A DNA stretch of 64,000 bases, taken from the NCBI GenBank assembly GCA_963760935.1, contig CAVXFB010000002.1, positions 54,716-118,715 of the forward strand, in the 5' to 3' direction. The notes beneath the pieces are model-generated. The model worked only from the letters and a program-made list of their open reading frames with translations. It was not told where the DNA came from and made no database searches. Source of the DNA: an uncultured Planctomycetaceae bacterium. Lineage in GTDB: Bacteria > Planctomycetota > Planctomycetia > Pirellulales > Thermoguttaceae. The translations under genes and the position numbers were made by a program. Shown piece after piece: positions 8,645 through 20,118 of the stretch; position 1 is the first letter of the stretch, and each line of letters begins with the position of its first letter.

Positions 8645-8667
8645 AGGCCCGTTTCCGGGCCTTTTTC
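8645..8667 (+). terminator. rho-independent terminator-like hairpin (AGGCCCG-TTTC-CGGGCCT followed by TTTTC)
   Basis: 7-bp GC stem, 4-nt loop and a T-run on the + strand, in the 390-bp gap between tRNA-Ala (minus) and lysS. No annotated + strand gene lies upstream of it. Confidence 0.4.
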
Positions 8668-8831
8668 CGGCTGACGGGCAGGAAGTCCGCAAGCGGATGC
8701 AACAGGGCGCGGTAATACCGAATGGATTGACGCGGCAACAGGGCAGGCCATCGCGTGCAACGACGCATCCTAGCCATGGCCGCCGCATTCATTCGGCCCG
8801 CTTTTCCAACCGTTTTCGCTCCGAGTTGACA

Positions 8832-8859
8832 TTGACCCGGCCCCCCTTTCCACTAGAAT
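8832..8859 (+). promoter_or_regulatory. sigma70-like promoter candidate for lysS (TTGACC - 16 nt - TAGAAT)
   Basis: Near-consensus -35 and -10 hexamers with a 16-nt spacer. The -10 overlaps the upstream ATG at 8858, which favours the ATG at 8912 as the lysS start. Confidence 0.3.
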
Positions 8860-8911
8860 GCCCGCCACCGCATCGTCTGCACCTCTTGCACTTCCTCACC
8901 CTAAACGACGT

Positions 8912-10627
8912 ATGACCGAGCCAACCCCGCAGCAACCGGCAACCACCGAGGCGGCCCTCGAAGCCGCCCGCCGCGAGAAACTGCGCAAAATAAGCGACAT
9001 GGGCATCGACCCATGGGGCGCGCGATTCGATGGCCACCAGCCGATCGGCCAGATCCGCGCCCGCGAAGGCGAAATCGTTGCCGAAGTGGCAACGGAGGCG
9101 TCGAAAGGGGACAGTCCCATTTTTGCTGGCACGAAAATTGGGACAGTTCCCCCGCCCGAACAGCATGGCCCAAAGGTCCGCGCGGCAGGCCGAATCGTCT
9201 TGCGTCGTCCCTCAGGCAAGGTCAATTGGCTGCAAGTCCGTGACTGGACCGGCACCATCCAGGTAATGATTGGCAAGGCCCAGGTCGGTGACGAGAACTT
9301 CGCCCTGGCCCAGTGCTTCGACCTCGGCGACATCGTCGGCGTCGATGGCGAGTTGAAACGCACCCGGACCGGCGAACTCACGATTTTCGCCGAGAAGCTG
9401 ACGTTCCTCACCAAGTCGCTGGCCACACCGCCCGAGAAACACAAAGGGCTGGCCGATCCCGAGCTTCGTCAGCGGATGCGGTATCTCGATCTGATCCACA
9501 CCGAAGGCGTGCTCGAAACGTTTCTCCGCCGCATCAAGATCGTGCAATCGATCCGCAACACGCTGGCCGCCCGAGGCTTTGCCGAGGTCGAAGGCCCCAC
9601 GCTCCACGCCATCGCCGGCGGGGCGGCCGCGCGCCCCTTCACCACGCATCACAACGCGCTCGACATCGACCTATATCTGCGAATCGCTTTGGAACTACAC
9701 CTCAAGCGGCTGTTGGTCGGCGGGATCGAGCGCGTGTACGAGCTTGGCCGCGTCTATCGCAACGAAGGCATCGACGCCCGGCACAATCCCGAGTTCACCA
9801 TGCTCGAAGCCTACCAGGCCTACGGCAACTACGAGACGATGATGGACCTCACCGAGGCCGCCATCGTCGACGCGATCCGGGCGATGACGGACACGGCCGG
9901 CAATAGTCCCCTCTCTCTCCGGGAGAGGGCTAGAGTGAGGGGGGCGGACGATCAGATCGGCCCTCACCCCCTGCCCCTCTCCCAAAGAGAGAGGGGCGAC
10001 ACATTTGTGCTCCCCTGGGCCGACACCGAGATCGATTTCACACCCCCGTTTGCGCGAAAGACCTACGACGAGCTATTTGCCGAGCACACCGGCGTGCAAC
10101 CCGACGACACGAAGGCCATTGCGAAACTGGCCGAGCAGATCGGCTTCAACACGGTTGGCAAGCACCCGGACGTCATCAAGAGCTTTGTCTTTGAAGAGAA
10201 GGTCGAAGACGCCCTGATGGGCCCGATCTTTGTGCTCGACTACCCGGCCAGCATCTGCCCGCTCACAAAGCGCAAGGCCGGCAATCCGGCCGTGGCCGAA
10301 CGGTTCGAGCTGTTCATCCAGGGCATGGAAGTGGCCAACGCCTATACTGAGCTGAACGACCCCGACATGCAGGAAGAGCTTTTTTCAAAGCAACTCGCCG
10401 GGCTGCCCGACGAGGAGTCGATGGCCAAGATGGACCACGACTTCATCCGCGCCCTGCGCCACGGCATGCCCCCGGCCGGCGGTCTAGGCATTGGCATCGA
10501 CCGACTAGTGATGCTCCTGACCAATTCCCAAAGCATCCGTGAAGTAATCCTCTTCCCGCTGTTGCGCCCGGAAGCGATTGATGAGCGGCCTCTTCCCCGT
10601 CCCCCGTCCCCCGTCCCCGGCTCCTAG
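8912..10627 (+). CDS. lysS: lysine--tRNA ligase (class II), carrying two in-frame repeat-element insertions
   Basis: ORF 8858..10627; the likely start is the ATG at 8912 (MTEPTPQQ...). N-terminal OB-fold region (VRAAGRIVLRRPSGKVNWLQVRDWTGTIQV). Class II motifs (FAEVEGPTLH; YLRIALELHLKRLLVGG; YELGRVYRNEG; FELFIQGMEVANAYTELNDP; GMPPAGGLGIGIDRLVML). Confidence 0.93.
   Translation: MTEPTPQQPATTEAALEAARREKLRKISDMGIDPWGARFDGHQPIGQIRAREGEIVAEVATEASKGDSPIFAGTKIGTVPPPEQHGPKVRAAGRIVLRRPSGKVNWLQVRDWTGTIQVMIGKAQVGDENFALAQCFDLGDIVGVDGELKRTRTGELTIFAEKLTFLTKSLATPPEKHKGLADPELRQRMRYLDLIHTEGVLETFLRRIKIVQSIRNTLAARGFAEVEGPTLHAIAGGAAARPFTTHHNALDIDLYLRIALELHLKRLLVGGIERVYELGRVYRNEGIDARHNPEFTMLEAYQAYGNYETMMDLTEAAIVDAIRAMTDTAGNSPLSLRERARVRGADDQIGPHPLPLSQRERGDTFVLPWADTEIDFTPPFARKTYDELFAEHTGVQPDDTKAIAKLAEQIGFNTVGKHPDVIKSFVFEEKVEDALMGPIFVLDYPASICPLTKRKAGNPAVAERFELFIQGMEVANAYTELNDPDMQEELFSKQLAGLPDEESMAKMDHDFIRALRHGMPPAGGLGIGIDRLVMLLTNSQSIREVILFPLLRPEAIDERPLPRPPSPVPGS
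9107..9152. repeat. ~45-bp palindromic MITE-like element (GGGGACAGTCCC-ATTTTTGCTGGCACGAAAAT-TGGGACAGTTCCCC) inside lysS
   Basis: Near-identical, in reverse-complement sense, to 40715-40759. Translated in frame as ...KGDSPIFAGTKIGTVPPP... in the N-terminal extension of LysRS. Confidence 0.8.
9908..9996. repeat. composite palindromic element of the CCCCTCTCCC...GGGAGAGGGG / GTGAGGG family inside lysS
   Basis: Reads CCCCTCTCTCTCCGGGAGAGGG...GTGAGGGGGG...CCCTCACCCC...CCCCTCTCCCAAAGAGAGAGGGG. Translated in frame as [31 protein letters not shown]. Related copies at 22787, 23864, 23914, 41030, 43940 and 44075. Confidence 0.8.
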
Positions 10628-10632
10628 CCTCC

Positions 10633-12177
10633 ATGTACAAACTCCTCCTCTGCTGGCGATACCTTCGCACGCGCTACATCGCCCTGGCGTCGATCATCAG
10701 CGTCATGCTTGGCGTGGCCACGATGATCGTCGTCAACAGTGTGATGGAAGGCTTTTCCACCGAGATGCAAAATCGCATCCACGGGATTCTCTCGGACGTG
10801 ATCGTCGAATCGCAGAGTTTCGAGGGCATGCCCCACGCCGATTGGCAGCAGGAGCGAATCCGCCGCGCGGTCGGCGATGACGTCGAGGCCATGTCACCCA
10901 CGGTTGCGGTACCGGCGATGCTCAATCTCCAGTGCAACGGCCGCTCGATCACCAAACCCGTGCAACTCATCGGCATCGACGAAAAGACGCAGGGCAGTGT
11001 AAGCGATTTCGGCGAGTATCTACAACACCCGGCGAACCGGGAAGCGATGAGCTTCGATCTCCGCGAAGGCGGCTACGACACTCACGATCATCAAAGCGGC
11101 GCTGAAGCCCCGGAGCGTCCACAGATGGGCCAGGCCGGTTGGGAGTATCGGCGCGAGACGGCTCGCATCAAGAAATATCGGGACGAGTATCGGAACGCCA
11201 GCGCCACGCAGCAGCCCGCGTCGGCCTCGCAAGATCCCGTCGCTAAGGATTCGCCGCCAGCCAATACACCGGCCGCCGATCCTTTCGCCGGCCATCAACC
11301 CCCTGAAAACGTCTTTGATCCCGAGAAACAGCAGCATACCGGCATTGTCCTGGGCATCGCCGAGGCCAGCTTCCGCACCTCCAAGGGCGAAGATATGTTC
11401 TACGCGATTCCGGGCGATGACGTGGTTGTGATGACGGCCACCGTCGGCGACCGGCCACAGGCCACGGGCGACCGCTTCACGATCGTCGACTTCTACGAAA
11501 GTAAAATGAGCGAATACGACTCGCAGTTCGTATTCGTGCCGATCCGCAAACTTCAGCAACTCCGCGGCATGATCGACCCCACAACGGGCGATGGAAACGT
11601 CAATGCCATCCAGATCAAGCTCAAGCCCGGCGCCGACGCCGACGCCGTCCGCGACAAGCTCCGCGCGGTCTTCGAGCCGCAACTCTTCGGCGTCTACACT
11701 TGCGCGACAAGCAAGGGCCCCTGCTGGCCGCCGTGCAGATCGAGAAAGCAACGCTCAACGTCTTGCTGTTCCTGATCATCGCCGTGGCCGGTTTCGGCAT
11801 CCTCGCCATCTTCTATATGATCGTCGTCGAAAAGACCCGCGACATCGGTATCCTCAAATCCCTGGGCGCACCCGGCCGCGGCGTGATGGGCATCTTTCTC
11901 GCCTACGGACTCTCCCTGGGGATCGTCGGCTCCGGCGTGGGCACGGCAATCGGCCTCCTTATAGTCCACTACATCAACGAAATTGCCGCCGGGCTCGGTT
12001 GGATCATGGGCCAAAAGGTCTTCGACCCATCGATCTACTACTTCTACAAAATCCCCGCCATCATCGTGCCCCAAACGCTCGCTTGGATCGTGATCGGGGC
12101 GCTATGCATCGCGGTTGCGGCCAGCATCTTGCCGGCCCGCCGCGCCGCACGCCTGCATCCCGTGGAGGCCCTGCGCT

Positions 12178-12185
<8 letters not shown>
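10633..12185 (+). pseudogene. lolE: LolC/LolE-family lipoprotein-release ABC permease (FtsX domain), reading frame broken at ~11700
   Basis: ORF 10633..11775 has a LolE-like N-terminus (MYKLLLCWRYLRTRYIALASIISVMLGVATMIVVNSVMEGF). ORF 11700..12185 in the -1 frame carries the FtsX C-terminus ending ...HPVEALRYE. The join is at GTCTACACT|TGCGCGAC; one extra base there would give ...VYTWRDKQGPLL.... The periplasmic domain also has a ~100-aa low-complexity insertion. Confidence 0.85.
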
Positions 12186-13014
<829 letters not shown>

Positions 13015-13020
13015 AAGCAA

Positions 13021-13094
13021 GGGGGCTAGGGATTAGGGGCTAGGGACTAGAGACCCCGGCCTCTAACCTCTAGCCCTAACCCCCAGCCCCTAGC
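13021..13094. repeat. imperfect hairpin built from CTAGGG/ATTAGGG oligomers (lolD-ilvE spacer)
   Basis: GGGGCTAGGGATTAGGGGCTAGGGACTAGAG...CTCTAACCTCTAGCCCTAACCCCCAGCCCCTAGC. Same oligomer family as 35432-35465 and 35681-35707. Confidence 0.7.
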
Positions 13095-13100
13095 TCCTCC

Positions 13101-13958
13101 ATGTCTCTCAAGATCTACATCGGCGGAAAGCTGTACGACAAAGAAGATGCCAAGATCAGCGTCTACGACCATGGCCTCCTTTATGGCGACGGCGTCTTCG
13201 AAGGCATCCGCAGCTACGGCGGCCGCGTGTTCCGCATGGCCGAACATCTCGACCGCCTTTGGAACTCGGCCAAGGCCATCTGGCTCGAAATCCCCATGTC
13301 GAAGGTCGAGATGGCTGCCGCCATCGAACAAACGATCTCCGTCAACGGCATAACGGACGGCTATATTCGCGTCGTGGTCACGCGCGGCGTCGGCACCCTG
13401 GGCCTCGATCCCAATCGTTGCGACAATCCCCAGGTGATCATCATCGCCGACAAGATTTCGCTCTACCCCGATGAACTTTATCGGAAGGGTCTGGAGATTG
13501 TCACCGTAAGCGTCGCGCGGAACCATCCGGCGGCGCTGAATCCGCGAATTAAATCGCTTAACTACCTGAACAATATCCTCGCAAAGATCGAAGGGCTCCA
13601 GGCCGGCTGCATGGAGGCCCTGATGCTCAACCACAAGGGCGAGTTGGCCGAGTGCACCGGCGATAACATTTTCCTGGTCAGCCACGGCCGCGTACTTACT
13701 CCGCCCAATGATGCCGGCATCCTTGAAGGCGTCACCCGCGACGCCGTGATCACTCTGGCGCACGACATGCAGTTTGAAGTCCTGGAGAAGCCGCTAACAA
13801 AGCACGACGTTTATATCGCCGACGAATGCTTCCTGACCGGCACGGCGGCCCAAGTGGTGCCGGTCGTAAAGGTCGACAGCCGCACCATCGGCGACGGCGT
13901 GCCCGGCCCCATCACCAAAACACTGATGGCCGCCTTCCGCGAACTCACGCGGAAGTAA
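13101..13958 (+). CDS. ilvE: branched-chain amino acid aminotransferase (class IV PLP aminotransferase)
   Basis: 285 aa. DHGLLYGDGVFEGIRSY..RVFRMAEHLDRL, ...IKSLNYLNNILAK..., ...ECTGDNIFLV...GILEGVTRD..., typical of the class IV fold family. Confidence 0.88.
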   Translation: MSLKIYIGGKLYDKEDAKISVYDHGLLYGDGVFEGIRSYGGRVFRMAEHLDRLWNSAKAIWLEIPMSKVEMAAAIEQTISVNGITDGYIRVVVTRGVGTLGLDPNRCDNPQVIIIADKISLYPDELYRKGLEIVTVSVARNHPAALNPRIKSLNYLNNILAKIEGLQAGCMEALMLNHKGELAECTGDNIFLVSHGRVLTPPNDAGILEGVTRDAVITLAHDMQFEVLEKPLTKHDVYIADECFLTGTAAQVVPVVKVDSRTIGDGVPGPITKTLMAAFRELTRK

Positions 13959-14082
13959 CCGCCTCTGGGTAGCACGCCCTGAGGTACAAAGGGCGTGGTG
14001 TGTTGCGACATTGCCGATCCACCACACCTTACGCCGGGACTCACGGACGTACTAAACAAGCCGGAACATCGAGACTATTTTC

Positions 14083-14727
14083 ATGGAATGGCTCCAGTTC
14101 TTCTTCGATGTCTTTCTCCACCTCGACAGACATCTGGGCGAGGTGATCAAGGACTACGGCACGTGGACCTATCTCATTCTTTTTGTGATCATCTTCTGCG
14201 AGACCGGGCTTGTCATAACTCCGTTCCTGCCGGGCGATTCATTGTTGTTTGCCGCCGGTGCACTGTCTGCTACCACCGGCGCACTCAATCCCTGGTGGCT
14301 GTTTCTGCTGCTGAGCTTCGCCGCCATCGCCGGCGATACCGTCAACTACTGGATCGGCGCCTACGTCGGTCCGCATGCCTTTAGCGGCAACGTCCGCTAT
14401 CTGAAGAAGGAATACCTCGATCGCACCCACGCCTTCTATGAAAAATATGGAGGCAAGACGATCATTATCGCCCGCTTCGTCCCCATCGTGCGGACCTTCG
14501 CCCCATTCGTTGCCGGCATCGGCGCGATGAACTACGCCCGCTTCATCGTCTACAACGTGCTGGGCGGTATCGCCTGGGTGGCCCTCCTCGTCTTCGGCGG
14601 CTATAGATTCGGCGACCTCGACTTCGTCAAGCAAAACTTCTCGCTGGTCATCATCGTCATCATCATCATCTCGGTCATGCCGATGGTGATCGAATATCTC
14701 CGCACACGCCAATCGCGAGAAAACTGA
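14083..14727 (+). CDS. DedA family membrane protein
   Basis: 214 aa. TPFLPGDSLLFAAGAL, ...YEKYGGKTIIIARFVPIVRTFAPFVAG..., the SNARE-associated/DedA signature. Confidence 0.88.
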   Translation: MEWLQFFFDVFLHLDRHLGEVIKDYGTWTYLILFVIIFCETGLVITPFLPGDSLLFAAGALSATTGALNPWWLFLLLSFAAIAGDTVNYWIGAYVGPHAFSGNVRYLKKEYLDRTHAFYEKYGGKTIIIARFVPIVRTFAPFVAGIGAMNYARFIVYNVLGGIAWVALLVFGGYRFGDLDFVKQNFSLVIIVIIIISVMPMVIEYLRTRQSREN

Positions 14728-14856
14728 GGGGCGACTCTCAACTCAACTTCCAAGTCTTCGCCATTTCGCGATTTCGCGATCTCTTGAGCAAACACCGTCA
14801 GCCCAAAGTCACCGCAAGAACACATTCGTCATTCGTCATTCCGCCTTCGTCATTCC

Positions 14857-15627
14857 CTAAAACGCCACCGGCAACCCGATCGCTTTCGCCAGCCGCTCCA
14901 AATACTTCTCGCGTGGAATGACGGTCGCCCCGAGTCTGGCCGTGTGCGGCGTCAACTGCTGAATATCCATGAGCGTGAACCCTCGCTCGCGAAGATGCCC
15001 CACAAGGCTTGCTAAAGCCACCTTCGACGCGTCCCGCACCCGATAGAACTTCGACTCGGCCGAGAACAGGCCGCCGACGGCCACGCCATACACGCCGCCG
15101 GCCAATTCATGCTCGTGCCACACTTCAACGCTATGGGCGTAGCCCAGTCTGTGAAGATCTGTATAGGCCTCGATCATTTCCGGCGTCAGCCAGGTTTGGT
15201 TCATCCGCCCCGGCGACATGGCACAACCGCGGATCACGTTCTCGAACTCCGCATCGCGCGTCACCTCGAACTTCGCGCTGCGACACGTCCTCCGTAGCCG
15301 CCGCGACACGTGAAAGCGGTCGAACTCAATCACCGCCCGCGGGTCGGGCGACCACCAAGCCACCGGCGCGTCGAAATCCGTGATTGGCCAAGGGAAGATG
15401 CCGTGCCGATAAGCGTCCAGCAGCCACTCCGGCGACAATTCCCCCCCGAATCCAACCAACCCTTCGGGGTCGGCATTCTCAGCCGGCGGAAAATAGGGAG
15501 ATGGTGCCAACACAGCCGTTCGCCAGAAAATAGCATCTCGCAATAGTAGTCCAACTCTCAGTTTAGCCGCTACATTCCGATCCTGGCAATGAGGGGCGAC
15601 ACGGGGGCGCAGTTTGGCAGCCAGCAT
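14857..15627 (-). CDS. aat: leucyl/phenylalanyl-tRNA--protein transferase
   Basis: ORF 14857..15720; an internal ATG at 15627 is more plausible. LLDAYRHGIFPW...WWSPDPRAVIEF..., GYAHSVEVWHEHELAGGVYGVAVGGLFSAESKF aligns with E. coli Aat. Confidence 0.88.
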   Translation of the reverse strand: MLAAKLRPRVAPHCQDRNVAAKLRVGLLLRDAIFWRTAVLAPSPYFPPAENADPEGLVGFGGELSPEWLLDAYRHGIFPWPITDFDAPVAWWSPDPRAVIEFDRFHVSRRLRRTCRSAKFEVTRDAEFENVIRGCAMSPGRMNQTWLTPEMIEAYTDLHRLGYAHSVEVWHEHELAGGVYGVAVGGLFSAESKFYRVRDASKVALASLVGHLRERGFTLMDIQQLTPHTARLGATVIPREKYLERLAKAIGLPVAF

Positions 15628-15818
15628 CGTGACCTGACAATAGCCGGCGGCTACCTGCCGCCGGATGTTCGCCCACCTAGCTTGACCAAAAGGTGTTGCT
15701 GGGCCTATTGATAGCGGCACGGCATCACGAGCAGCCAGCAGCGCCCGTCATGGTAGATCGGTCGAGCCATACGTCCGCAGTCCGCGAACAGGGCCCCAAC
15801 CGTTTTGCGCTGCTGACG

Positions 15819-18800
15819 CTACGCCACCTTCTCCGCCGGCGTTGGCCGCGCCACCGGTGGCCACGGCACGCTTGCCCGATCGTCCGCCGCAACCGGCAGC
15901 GGCAACTGGATCGATCGCACGTGGACGTCTTGCTGCGGATACGCAATTTCAATGCCCGCCCCGCGAAATTCTCGGTCGATCGCCATGTGCAACTCGTGAA
16001 TCACCGTGCCCCGATTGTCCATGTTCGGCAGAAAGCACCGCAGCACAAAGTTCAGTGCGCTGTCGCCAAACGACTCCAACGACACGGCTGGCGGTGGGTC
16101 GTTGGCCACAATGGCATGCTCGTTCGCAACTCGCAAAAGAATCTCCGCGGCCTGTTGCGTGTCGGAGCCGTAGGCGACTCCTACACGAATCACCACGCGG
16201 TTGACCGGGTCCGTGAGCGTCCAGTTCAGCACGCGGCCTGTAATGAACTCCTTGTTCGGAACGATCAACTCCTTGCGATCCCCGTCGGTAATCGTGGTGG
16301 CCCTCATACGAATTCGCGACACAACCCCCGTTACGCCGTCAATCGTAACAACGTCGCGCACCCGCACCGGGCGCTCGATAAGTATGATCAGGCCGGAAAC
16401 AAAATTGGCAAAGATCTCCTGCAAGCCAAAACCAAGTCCCAAGCTCATGGCCGCTACTAGCCATTGCACTTTCGACCAGCCCACGCCCAGTGCCATGCAG
16501 CAAGACAGCACACCGACAAGCGTAATTAGATAGCGACAGACCGTGGCCACGGCGTACCGGGCGCCGGCATCGACCGGCAAGTGCTGAAGCACGGCCATTT
16601 CCAGCAAGCCGGGAATATTCTTCGCCGCAATAACCGTCGTGGCCAACACGATAATCGCCATGCACAGGTCGGACAACCTGACAAATCCGTCCACCTCGTC
16701 GCTCTTCCATGCAACCTGGCCGTCTGGCAAGCTCACTTGCTGCCTTACGGTTATCTTCGTTGGCCAAAGTTCGTAATTGATGTTGCCCAAGGCTGGCAGC
16801 ACGTTAATCCACGCGCCCCATATGGCCAGTGCGCAGGCGACGGCCAATGCGTATTCGACTAGGCGGCGCGTTTGCGTGTTGATCGTCGCCAAGTCGCGCT
16901 CCGCAACGGCTGCGACTGGCAAATCGGCGGCCGACGCGTCGTCGCCCGCATTGTTTTCCAGCGCGGCCGCGCGTCGCTGCCGAGCCTGTTCGATCGCCAG
17001 TTTTCGCTGGCTCACCAAGATCCACCGCAGCAGCAACGCCCGCAACACGATCACGCCCACCAACACGTAGGTCATCACGACCAGTCGCGTGGCCAGTTGT
17101 TGGGCCGTGTAGTAGTAACCGGCGGCAGCTAGAATCGCCAGACTGGCAGGAATCATCACCCCCAGCGGATACCAGACGTAGCGGAGTCGTTCGAGCCATC
17201 CACCGCGCCGCGCAGCAACCAGTGCTTGCGACACGGCCCCGCCCGGCCGAAAAATCCTCTGTAGAAACAGCGCGAAGCCGGTCAGCGCAGCCACAAAACA
17301 CACGCGACCCAACGTATTGTCCCGGTTGCTCGTCTCTTGCACGCTCATGGTCGCTGCGATACACACTAATGGCAACACCGGCAGAGTAAGCCATCGCAGA
17401 TTCTGCCGCATCAGCTTCAATGCCGAGGCCGGCCAGCCGAAATGGGCTTCCCCCAAACCGCCAACGCCACACGTGTGCCGCAGCAACTCCAACACAAAAT
17501 ACACACGCGCCGCCACCGTTAGCCCCGCACCCACCGCCTTGCATAACTCCGAAGGCGAAGCCGCCGCACCCAACCGCCAGCCGATGTACCAAACCAATCC
17601 CGGCCATGCCGCCGCCATAAGCGTCGCGAGCGCCCACGCCTCCAGCGTCGGCAGGAAGCGGTAACAACTACCCCGGGCCGCCTTCTCGCCCACCTGCTGC
17701 ACGCGCGCGCGAAGCCGACGCCGCCAATAGATCAACAGCACGAAAAGTCCCAATGACAGCGAGGTCAGAGCCCGATTTCTTCCCGCGTCTACACACAATG
17801 TCGAGCCCATCTCGACCCAGGACTGCGGACCAGCCAGCCACCATAGTGCATCGCCGGCTCTGCGCATCGCCCACGCCCAAGGGCGTTGTGCTCGCAATCC
17901 ACAGCACCCGCTCGTCGATATACCGGGCGTAACGCTCCGTTTCCTTGATGAGCAACTGCTCCGCCGCGTAGAGATCGACGAGCTTCGAGTAGTATTTGTC
18001 GTAGTCGATGTTCAGCGCATCGAGGTAGTCCCGTCGCGTGCTCAGCGCCTGTCGGACCGCCGTCGCCAAATCGCTCCGCTCGTCGCTCTGTTCGATCAAA
18101 TGCTGCCGCCGAAGCTCGACCTGCGTTTCCGCTTCCAAGTCGGCCAGCGGTCGCCGCTCGTCGTATAACTTCATCTGTTCGAGTTGGCCCTGGCCGATCG
18201 TCTGCTGCTGCAACGCCGCGTTGCGACGCAACTCGCGAACGTTCGGCAATGTCTCCCGCTTGTTTCGTAGCAGCAAGCCAATCTCGTTCGTCAGCCCAAC
18301 CGTTTCCACCTTCTGCTGTACGCTCGTGAAATTTTCCTTCAGCGCCGTCAGTTGCCCTTTTACCTCCTCCAATCGGGCGGTCGTCTCAGTAATACTTGCG
18401 ACCAGCGACTTCCGCATTTCTGCCAGCTCGGCGTTGCGCGCGGCCAGCGCCTTCACCACCGGATGGGCCTGCCCGGCCTGCCGCAAAGCCTGTCGGGCTT
18501 GCTGCTCCGCCTCCTGCTTGCGGCGCCGATTGGCCACTTCCTGCCATTGTTTCAGTTCTTGCTCGGCCAAAGCAACCTGCCGGGTATCCAGGTCACGACT
18601 GGCCGGCAGCAATTCGGTCCGCGCCTCGTAGGCCCGTAGCTCTTTCTCGCAACACGATATCTCTTGCTCGGCCGTCCGTCGCCGAACGATGAGCATCGCC
18701 CGGCTGGCCAAGCCGGCAGGGTTGCCGTCGTCGCCCCCTCCCGCCGCCTGCAATTTTGAATTGATGTCGGCCAACCGCTCTTTTGCGGCGCTCGTCTGTT

Positions 18801-19288
18801 CCGGAATTCGCGCCCGCCGAGCAGCACGCCCCTTCAACTCTGTCTCAACATCCAAGAGCGCCTTTCGCCGTTCTTCCAGCCCGGCCTCGTGCGTCGAGAC
18901 CTCCTGCTCAATTTGCGGCAGTGTCAATTGATCCGGGATCGCCTCGCACACCTGCGCCGGCGGTACGGCCAATGCCGCCCTTGTCTTCTTCAGTTCCCCA
19001 GGGGCCTCGGCCGCAAGCCTCTCAAATTTCTGCGCCTTTCTCTGTCCAGCGCTTCACCGCTTCCATCTCGCCCAACGCCTGCTGGTACACATCCTTGATC
19101 TTCGCCTTCGCCGCATCGTCCAAATCCCGCAGCTCGTCGACCTGCTTCATCCGCGATTGCAGCAGCGTTACGATGTCCGTATCCGACACCGATTTTGACG
19201 GCCCTTCGCCAAGGGCCAGCGTCGCAACCAACATCGCTGCCGCAACTTGCATCACAAGCAGGGGAATATGCACAGTCCGTTGATTCAT
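15819..19288 (-). pseudogene. MscK/KefA-like large mechanosensitive channel, split into three ORFs by two frame changes
   Basis: 19288..19022 encodes a signal peptide plus the start of the periplasmic coiled-coil. 18972..17668 encodes a long coiled-coil. 17897..15819 encodes multi-TM and the MscS domain (GLGFGLQEIFANFVSGLIILIERPVRVRDVVTIDGVTGVV...). The joins read through at ~19022-19032 (GCAGAAATTTGAG) and ~17850-17870. Confidence 0.8.
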
Positions 19289-19430
19289 GTTCTACTCGGA
19301 TTGCAGGGCGTGCAAAGAAGTGCGCAGAATCAGCCGGAAGCCGACCAGAGTTAGCGGCTAAGTGAGGCGACTTGTACCGACATCGGCCGCCCGTGACAAG
19401 GCCAATCCCCCGCTTGCCTGCCGTCGAAAC

Positions 19431-19937
19431 TCAGCAATTCGCCAACGGAAAGGCATTCGATATTTCTGCCGGAATCCGCGTAGGCTTGCCGGTGGCGTAG
19501 CTGATAAACGCCCAATGCGTCTCGGCCTTGGCCAGCAGCTCCCCGTCCGCCAGACGGCAGGGGACTGGTCCATTTTTCGGCGTGACAACGCATTCGGCGG
19601 AAACAGGCTGGCCGAAAACATGGACCTGTCCGCTTCCCGGGCCGCGGCGGATGATGCGATACAGCCGCGTCGATGTCGCCCGCTTCATGTCCGCCACGTG
19701 CGTCTGCACCACGATCTCATCCCCTTCATAGGCTGGCCGAATGTATTCGATCGTGTGCCGCCGCGCCACCCAACCCATCCCCAATTCGAGATACCGCTGG
19801 GCCGTCCAACCCAGTGTCGCCGAATGTGCGATCGCCGCCGCCTGCATCCACGCCACGTACACCACGTTGTTGGCATGCCCCTGCTCGTCGATCTCCTCGG
19901 CCGTGACGGTGTGGGGATAGGCAAAGATGTTTGTCAT
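19431..19937 (-). CDS. acyl-CoA thioesterase, hotdog fold (YbgC/4HBT-like)
   Basis: 168 aa from the ATG at 19937 (MTNIFAYPHTVTAEEIDEQGHANNVVYVAW...). The longer ORF to 20348 overlaps tyrA and is rejected. Confidence 0.75.
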   Translation of the reverse strand: MTNIFAYPHTVTAEEIDEQGHANNVVYVAWMQAAAIAHSATLGWTAQRYLELGMGWVARRHTIEYIRPAYEGDEIVVQTHVADMKRATSTRLYRIIRRGPGSGQVHVFGQPVSAECVVTPKNGPVPCRLADGELLAKAETHWAFISYATGKPTRIPAEISNAFPLANC

Positions 19938-20118
19938 GGCGCGATCTACCAATTGGACAGAGTTTCCCGCCATGATACGACGGCACACCAACCCCAGCAA
20001 TCCAGTGCAGCCCAATCGACCGCCCCCCACTCCAATCCACGGCCGATTTGGTACAATACTCGGTTTCACGGGGCCCGATGATCGGCGTCGGGCAGTCGGC
20101 TCCTGCCTGAAAAACACC

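Noticed and set aside
8858-8911. Upstream ATG (8858) as the lysS start
   Set aside because: It overlaps the -10 hexamer of the best promoter candidate, and the extra 18 residues are not LysRS-like. The ATG at 8912 is preferred, but this is not proven.
19927-20118. N-terminal 64-aa extension of the tyrA ORF, and the extension of the thioesterase ORF to 20348
   Set aside because: The two extensions overlap each other on opposite strands. The conserved domains begin at the internal ATGs 20119 (tyrA Rossmann motif) and 19937 (thioesterase).
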